From contig CP086569.2 of NCBI GenBank assembly GCA_009914755.4, positions 61,824,001 to 61,888,000 on the forward strand: DNA of 64,000 nucleotides. The letters are read 5' to 3'. The position numbers were made by a program, and so were the translations under genes. Under the pieces are notes generated by a model, which saw nothing but the letters and a program-made list of their open reading frames with translations, was not told the DNA's origin and made no database searches. Positions 56,594 to 64,000 of the stretch are shown here, piece after piece. The stretch is from the human T2T-CHM13v2.0 reference genome, Homo sapiens. Positions within the stretch are counted from its first letter, which is position 1, and every line of letters starts with the position of its first letter.

Positions 56594-59500
56594 ATGGAAT
56601 GGAATAATATGAAATGGAATGGAAAGGAATGGAATGCACTTGAATTAAATGGACTGGAATGGAATGGACTCGAACGGAGTGGAATGGAAAGGATTGAAAT
56701 AGAATGGAATGGACTCCTTTGGAATGGTCTAGTAGGCCATGCAAACGACTGTCAGGGAATCAAAAGGAATGTAATCGAATGGATTGGACTGGAATACAAT
56801 GGACTCGAATACATTGGAAACGGAATGCAATGGAATGGAATGGAATAGTATGGAATGGAACGGAAAGGAATGAAGTAGAATGGACTAGAGTGGAAAGGAA
56901 TGGACTCGAAAGCAATGGACTGGAATGGAACGATCTTGAATGGACCGGAATCAAACGGAACGGAATGCAATGCAAGGCAATCAAATGGAATGGAATAAAA
57001 GAGAATGAAAGAGAATCAAATGCAATTGAATCGAATGGAATCGAATGGATTGGAAAGGAATAGAATGGAATGGAATGGAATTGACTCAAATGGAATGGAC
57101 TAGAACGGAATGGAGTCGAAAGGAAGGCAAAGGAATGGAATCTATTGGAATGGACTGTAATGGAATGGCATGGAAGGGATTGGAATGGACTCGAATGGAA
57201 AGGACTGCAATAGAAAGGATTCGAATGGAATGAAAAAGAATTGAATGGAATAGAACAGAATGGAATCAAATCGAATGAAATGGAATGGAATAGAAAGGAA
57301 TGGAATGAAATGGAATGGAAAGGATTCAAATGGAATGCAATCGAATGGAATGCAATCGAATGGAATGGAATCGAACGGAATGGAATAAAATGGAAGGAAA
57401 CTGGCAAGAAATGGAATCGAAATGAATGGAGTGTTATGGAACGGACTCCAAAGCAATTGAATGTAATAGAATGGAGTGGAGTGGACTCGAATATAATGGA
57501 CTGGAATGGAATGGAATCACATGGAATGGGAACGAATGGAATGGAATGGAAAGGAATGGAATCGAATGGAAAGGAATCAAATGGAAGGGAATGAAATTGA
57601 ATCAACAGGAATGGAAGGGAATAGAATAGACTGTAATGGAATGGACTCGAATAGAATGGACACGAATGCTCAAATTGGATGGACTCGAATGGAATGGAAA
57701 CGAAAGGAATGTCATCGAATGGAATTGAATCGATTGGAATGAAATGGCATAGAATGGAGTGGAATGAAATGGAATTGAATCGAAAGGAAAGGAAGCGAAT
57801 GGACTGAAATGAAATGGAATGGAATTGAATGGAAAGTAATGCAATGGAATAGAATGGAACGAAATTTCACGGAATGGAATCAAACAGAATGGAATCAAAT
57901 CAATGGAATATAATCAAATGGAATGGAATGGAATGGAAAGGAATTGAATGGAATAGATTGGATAGGAAGGGATTGGAATGCAATGGAATGGAAAGGACTC
58001 GAATTTCATGAAACGGAATGGAATGAATTGGAATGGAATGGACTCGAATGGAATGGAATGTCATGGAATGGCATCAAATGGAATGGAATCAAATGGAATG
58101 GCATCGAATGCAATGGAATGTTATGGAATGGAATGGAATGTATTGGAATGGAATGTCCTCTAATGGAATGGATTCGAGTGGAATGGAATCGAATATAATG
58201 GAGTCGAATGAAATGGAATTGAAAGGAATGGGATCGAATAGAATGGAATATACTGGAATGTAATGTAATGAAGTCGAATGTAATTGACTGGAATGGAATG
58301 TACATGAATGGAATGTAATCGAATGGAAAGTAATCCAATGAAATAGAATCTAATGCAATAAAACCGACTCAAATGGAATAGAATGTAATGGAATGGAGTG
58401 CAGTGCAATGGAATGGAATGGAATGGAATGCAATGGAGTGGAATGGAATGGAATGGGATGGAATGGTATGGAATGGATAGTAAAGGACTGGAGTGAAATG
58501 GACTGTAAAGGAATGGACTCCAATTGAAAGGGCTCGAAAGGAATGGAGTCAAATGGAATGGTCTGGAATGGAATGAACTCGAATGTAATGCAATCCAATA
58601 GAATGGAATCGAATGGAATGGAATATAAAGAAATGGAATCGACGAGAATGGAAACAGATGGAATGGAATTGAAAGGAATGGAATTGAATGGAATGGGCAC
58701 GAATGGAATGAAATTGTATGGAATAGAAGAGAATAGAATGGAATGCAATGGATAAGAAAGGAATGGATTGGAATGGAAGGGAATGTAGTGTAATGGACTG
58801 GCATGGAATAAACTGGAATGCTACGGTCTCAAATGGAATAAAAATGTATGGAATGGAATGCCATGAAACGGAATCGAATGTCATAGAATGTAATGGAATG
58901 CAAAGAAATGGACTCCAAAATCATTGACTGGAAAGGCTGGGTGTCGAAAGGAATTGACTCCAATGGAATGGAATCGAATGGAATGGAAGTGAATAGAATC
59001 GAACTAAATCGAATGGAATGGAATTGATAGGAACGGAATGGAAAGGAATGGAATGATTTGGCATGGAATGGAATCGAATGGACTCGAATGGAATGGAATG
59101 GAATGCAATGGAATGGAATGTATTAGAATGTAGTGAACTTTAATGGAATGAACTCGAATGGATTCGACTGGAATGGAATGTTCTGGAAGTGAATGGACTG
59201 CAATGGAATGGATTCAAAAGGAATGGAATCGAAGGGAATGGAATCTAATGGAATGGAATTAAATGGAAAGGAATCAAATCGAATAGCAGGGAATTGAACT
59301 GAATGGAATCGAATGCAATGGAATCTAATGAAACGGAAAGGAAAGGAATGGAATGGCATGGAATGGGCTGGAATGGAATGGAATCGAAACGAATGGAATG
59401 GAATCGAACTGAAGAGACTGGAATGAAATGCACTGGCATGGAAGGGATTTTAATGGAACGTTCTTGAAAAGACTGGAATCGAATGGAATGGAATTGAATG

Positions 59501-60088
59501 GAACGGATATAGAGTCAAATGGAATTGAATGGAATGGAATGGAGTAGAGTGAAATGGAATCGAGTCACTAGGAATGGACAGGAATAGAACGGTCTCGAAT
59601 TGAATGGAATCGTATGGAATGGAATTCAACGGAATGGAATGGACAGCCACGGAATGGAATGCACTCGAATGCAATGGACTCGAAACTAATGGACTGGAAT
59701 CGAATGGAATGGAATCGAACGGAATGGACTCGAAGTGAAAAGAGTGCAATGGAAAGGTCTCGAATGGAATGGAAATTAATGGAATGGAATGGAATCGAAT
59801 GAAATGGAGTCAAAAGGAATGGAATCGAATGGCAAGAAATCGAATGTAATGGAATCACAAGGAATGGATGTGAACGGAACGGAATGGAATGGAATCAAAA
59901 GGAATGGAATCGAATGGAATGGACTCGAATGGAAATGACTCGAATAGAATGGAATTCAACAAAATAGAATCAAATGTAATGGAATGGAATGGAAAGGAAT
60001 CGAAACGAAAGGAATGGAGACAGATGGAATGGAATGGAACAGAGAGCAATGGTATAGAATGGAATGGAATCATATGGAATGGAATTGA
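56594..60088 (+). repeat. HOR copy 17, 3495 bp, mosaic: family-2 head (GGCC patch at 56735), family-1-like middle (~57.0-59.0 kb), family-2 tail with the 40-bp deletion at ~59700
   Basis: VGHANDCQ at 56594. Family-1 markers at 57045 (MDWKGIEW), 57506 (TRMEWKRKECHRMEL) and 57923 (KELNG). D markers at 59123 (SVQFPAIRFDSFPFN). Confidence 0.85.
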
Positions 60089-63000
60089 ATGGAATGGAAT
60101 AATATGAAATGGAATGGAAAGGAATGGAATGCACTTGAATTAAATGGACTGGAATGGAATGGACTCGAACGGAGTGGAATGGAAAGGATTGAAATAGAAT
60201 GGAATGGACTCCTTTGGAATGGTCTAGTATGCAATGCAAACGACTGGCAGGGAATCAAAAGGAATGTAATCGAATGGATTGGACTGGAATACAATGGACT
60301 CGAATACATTGGAAACGGAATGCAATGGAATGGAATGGAATAGTATGGAATGGAACGGAAAGGAATGAAGTAGAATGGACTAGAGTGGAATGGAATGGAC
60401 TCGAAAGCAATGGACTGGAATGGAACGATCTTGAATGGACCGGAATCAAACGGAACGGAATGCAATGCAAGGCAATCAAATGGAATGGAATAAAAGAGAA
60501 TGAAAGAGAATCAAATGCAATTGAATCGAATGGAATCGAATGGATTGGAAAGGAATAGAATGGAATGGAATGGAATTGACTCCAATGGAATGGACTAGAA
60601 CGGAATGGAGTCGAATGGAAGGCAAAGGAATGGAATCTATTGGAATGGACTGTAATGGAATGGCATGGAAGGGATTGGAATGGACTCGAATGGAAAGGAC
60701 TGCAATAGAAAGGATTCTAATGGAATGAAAAAGAATTGAATGGAATAGAACAGAATGGAATCAAATCGAATGAAATGGAATGGAATAGAAAGGAATGGAA
60801 TGAAATGGAATGGAAAGGATTCAAATGGAATGCGATCAAATGGAATGCAATCGAATGGAATGGAATCGAACGGAATGGAATAAAATGGAAGGAAACTGGC
60901 AAGAAATGGAATCGAAATGAATGGAGGGTTATGGAACGGACTCCAAAGGAATTGAATGTAATAGAATGGAGTGGAGTGGACTCGAATATAATGGACTGGA
61001 ATGGAATGGAATCACATGGAATGGGAACGAATGGAATGGAATGGAAAGGAATGGAATCGAATGGAAAGGAATCAAATGGAAGGGAATGAAATTGAATCAA
61101 CAGGAATGGAAGGGAATAGAATAGACTGTAATGGAATGGACTCGAATAGAATGGACACGAATGCTCAAATTGGATGGACTCGAATGGAATGGAAACGAAA
61201 GGAATGTCATCGAATGGAATTGAATCGATTGGAATGAAATGGCATAGAATGGAGTGGAATCAAATGGAATTGAATCGAAAGGAAAGGAAGCGAATGGACT
61301 GAAATGAAATGGAATGGAATTGAATGGAAAGTAATGCAATGGAATAGAATGGAACGAAATTTCACGGAATGGAATCAAACAGAATGGAATCAAATCAATG
61401 GAATATAATCAAATGGAATGGAATGGAATGGAAAGGAATTGAATGGAATAGATTGGATAGGAAGGGATTGGAATGCAATGGAATGGAAAGGACTCGAATT
61501 TCATGAAACGGAATGGAATGAATTGGAATGGAATGGACTCGAATGGAATGGAATGTCATGGAATGGCATCAAATGGAATGGAATCAAATGGAATGGCATC
61601 GAATGCAATGGAATGTTATGGAATGGAATGGAATGTATTGGAATGGAATGTCCTCTAATGGAATGGATTCGAGTGGAATGGAATCGAATATAATGGAGTC
61701 GAATGAAATGGAATTGAAAGGAATGGGATCGAATAGAATGGAATATACTGGAATGTAATGTAATGAAGTCGAATGTAATTGACTGGAATGGAATGTACAT
61801 GAATGGAATGTAATCGAATGGAAAGTAATCCAATGAAATAGAATCTAATGCAATAAAACCGACTCAAATGGAATAGAATGTAATGGAATGGAGTGCAGTG
61901 CAATGGAATGGAATGGAATGGAATGCAATGGAGTGGAATGGAATGGAATGGGATGGAATGGTATGGAATGGATAGTAAAGGACTGGAGTGAAATGGACTG
62001 TAAAGGAATGGACTCCAATTGAAAGGGCTCGAAAGGAATGGAGTCAAATGGAATGGTCTGGAATGGAATGAACTCGAATGTAATGCAATCCAATAGAATG
62101 GAATCGAATGGAATGGAATATAAAGAAATGGAATCGACGAGAATGGAAACAGATGGAATGGAATTGAAAGGAATGGAATTGAATGGAATGGGCACGAATG
62201 GAATGAAATTGTATGGAATAGAAGAGAATAGAATGGAATGCAATGGATAAGAAAGGAATGCATTGGAATGGAAGGGAATGTAGTGTAATGGACTGGCATG
62301 GAATAAACTGGAATGCTACGGTCTCAAATGGAATAAAAATGTATGGAATGGAATGCCATGAAACGGAATCGAATGTCATAGAATGTAATGGAATGCAAAT
62401 AAATGGACTCCAAAATCATTGACTGGAAAGGCTGGGTGTCGAAAGGAACTGACTCCAATGGAATGGAATCGAATGGAATGGAAGTGAATAGAATCGAACT
62501 AAATCGAATGGAATGGAATTGATAGGAACGGAATGGAAAGGAATGGAATGATTTGGCATGGAATGGAATCGAATGGACTCGAATGGAATGGAATGGAATG
62601 CAATGGAATGGAATGTATTAGAATGTAGTGAACTTTAATGGAATGAACTCGAATGGATTCGACTGGAATGGAATGTTCTGGAAGTGAATGGACTGCAATG
62701 GAATGGATTCAAAAGGAATGGAATCGAAGGGAATGGAATCTAATGGAATGGAATTAAATGGAAAGGAATCAAATCGAATAGCAGGGAATTGAACTGAATG
62801 GAATCGAATGCAATGGAATCTAATGAAACGGAAAGGAAAGGAATGGAATGGCATGGAATGGGCTGGAATGGAATGGAATCGAAACGAATGGAATGGAATC
62901 GAACTGAAGAGACTGGAATGAAATGCACTGGCATGGAAGGGATTTTAATGGAACGTTCTTGAAAAGACTGGAATCGAATGGAATGGAATTGAATGGAACG

Positions 63001-63583
63001 GATATAGAGTCAAATGGAATTGAATGGAATGGAATGGAGTAGAGTGAAATGGAATCGAGTCACTAGGAATGGACAGGAATAGAACGGTCTCGAATTGAAT
63101 GGAATCGTATGGAATGGAATTCAACGGAATGGAATGGACAGCCACGGAATGGAATGCACTCGAATGCAATGGACTCGAAACTAATGGACTGGAATCGAAT
63201 GGAATGGAATCGAACGGAATGGACTCGAAGTGAAAAGAGTGCAATGGAAAGGTCTCGAATGGAATGGAAATTAATGGAATGGAATGGAATCGAATGAAAT
63301 GGAGTCAAAAGGAATGGAATCGAATGGCAAGAAATCGAATGTAATGGAATCACAAGGAATGGATGTGAACGGAACGGAATGGAATGGAATCAAAAGGAAT
63401 GGAATCGAATGGAATGGACTCGAATGGAAATGACTCGAATAGAATGGAATTCAACAAAATAGAATCAAATGTAATGGAATGGAATGGAAAGGAATCGAAA
63501 CGAAAGGAATGGAGACAGATGGAATGGAATGGAACAGAGAGCAATGGTATAGAATGGAATGGAATCATATGGAATGGAATTGA
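60089..63583 (+). repeat. HOR copy 18, 3495 bp, family-1-like head, family-2 tail with the 40-bp deletion at ~63195
   Basis: Family-1-type anchor ORF at 60089 and MDWKGIEW at 60540. D-tail marker at 62618. IPFDSTPF variant at 61097 shared with copies 3 and 5. Confidence 0.85.
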
Positions 63584-64000
63584 ATGGAATGGAATAATAT
63601 GAAATGGAATGGAAAGGAATGGAATGCACTTGAATTAAATGGACTGGAATGGAATGGACTCGAACGGAGTGGAATGGAAAGGATTGAAATAGAATGGAAT
63701 GGACTCCTTTGGAATGGTCTAGTATGCAATGCAAACGACTGGCAGGGAATCAAAAGGAATGTAATCGAATGGATTGGACTGGAATACAATGGACTCGAAT
63801 ACATTGGAAACGGAATGCAATGGAATGGAATGGAATAGTATGGAATGGAACGGAAAGGAATGAAGTAGAATGGACTAGAGTGGAATGGAATGGACTCGAA
63901 AGCAATGGACTGGAATGGAACGATCTTGAATGGACCGGAATCAAACGGAACGGAATGCAATGCAAGGCAATCAAATGGAATGGAATAAAAGAGAATGAAA
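63584..64000 (+). repeat. HOR copy 19, partial (417 bp), family-1-like head
   Basis: Anchor ORF at 63584, identical to the copy-18 start. Confidence 0.85.

Larger units (their letters stand above)
1..64000 (+). repeat. HSat3 / satellite III (GGAAT)n pentameric satellite array arranged as a ~3.5-kb higher-order repeat (DYZ1-like; Yq12 assignment tentative). The G+A-rich strand is the + strand throughout, with no inversions and no interruptions.
   Basis: Near-continuous aatgg/aatcg/aatga pentamers. The 84-aa anchor ORF (MEWNNMKWNGKEWNALELN...) recurs at 12, 3547, 7107, 10642, 14176, 17711, 21271, 24831, 28351, 31911, 35431, 38991, 42511, 45991, 49486, 53040, 56594, 60089 and 63584, giving periods of 3480-3560 bp. 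C content is very low on the + strand. Confidence 0.96.

Noticed and set aside
1-64000. Hundreds of overlapping ORFs (60-319 aa) on both strands that could be read as a dense gene cluster or repeat-protein family
   Set aside because: They are translations of the GGAAT/ATTCC pentamer (MEWNG and IPFHS periodic peptides). ORF boundaries coincide with variant pentamers. There are no start or stop context signals, no codon bias, and both strands are 'coding' everywhere. HSat3 is known noncoding satellite DNA.
1-64000. CRISPR array or other prokaryotic defence or novel-system interpretation
   Set aside because: There is no repeat-spacer architecture. The periodicities are 5 bp and ~3.5 kb with near-identical 'spacers'. 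No cas-like or any credible CDS is present. The composition and organisation are those of a primate pericentromeric or Yq satellite.
1-64000. Alpha satellite or HSat2 as alternative satellite classes
   Set aside because: There is no 171-bp periodicity. The pentamer purity is high, with long runs of exact aatgg and a simple-variant pentamer spectrum. HSat2 is more degenerate and built on 23/26-bp (CATTCGATTCCATTC-type) units.
1-64000. Transposable element insertions, tRNA or rRNA genes, or poly(A) tails interrupting the array
   Set aside because: Every base of the window falls inside a HOR copy of expected length. The longest A run is about 7 (aaaaaaatgg at 48301, a point variant). There is no non-satellite sequence block to host an element or RNA gene.

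Overview
The whole 64-kb window is a single, uninterrupted pentameric satellite array of the HSat3 / satellite III type, (GGAAT)n on the + strand and (ATTCC)n on the - strand. I find no supportable protein-coding genes, RNA genes, transposon insertions, CRISPR arrays, or any prokaryotic-style gene system. Every ORF in the six-frame track is a frame artefact of the pentamer: GGAAT x3 = GGA ATG GAA TGG AAT gives G-M-E-W-N, and ATTCC x3 gives I-P-F-H-S.

The array is organised as a higher-order repeat (HOR) of about 3.5 kb. There are 18 complete copies plus partial copies at each end, all in the same orientation. Copy lengths are 3535, 3560, 3520, 3480, 3495 and 3554 bp, each explained by a specific indel: a 25-bp tandem duplication, a 15-bp deletion, a 40-bp deletion between direct repeats, or a 20-bp tandem duplication. 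The 3560-bp copies match the roughly 3.56-kb period described for the human Yq12 DYZ1 HSat3 repeat. That assignment is tentative, because I cannot run a search and the HaeIII (GGCC) site by which DYZ1 was defined appears in only 2 of 18 copies.

The structure above the single HOR is the most interesting part:
- The B (3560 bp) and C (3520 bp) variants alternate as a 7080-bp dimeric super-repeat, three times between 21.3 and 42.5 kb.
- Two HOR copies 10.63 kb apart (units 1 and 4) share many private variants.
- A sharp switch to a second variant family occurs at about 44.8-45.2 kb, inside a hybrid unit.
- The downstream copies are mosaics of the two families, which looks like gene conversion or unequal exchange.
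- A perfect three-unit heat-shock-element motif (GGAATGTTCTGGAAG) recurs exactly once per HOR copy. This is notable because HSat3 is known to be transcribed under HSF1 control.
- CpG versus TpG/CpA variant pentamers mark deamination decay.

This is a well-known class of sequence, not a novel gene system.
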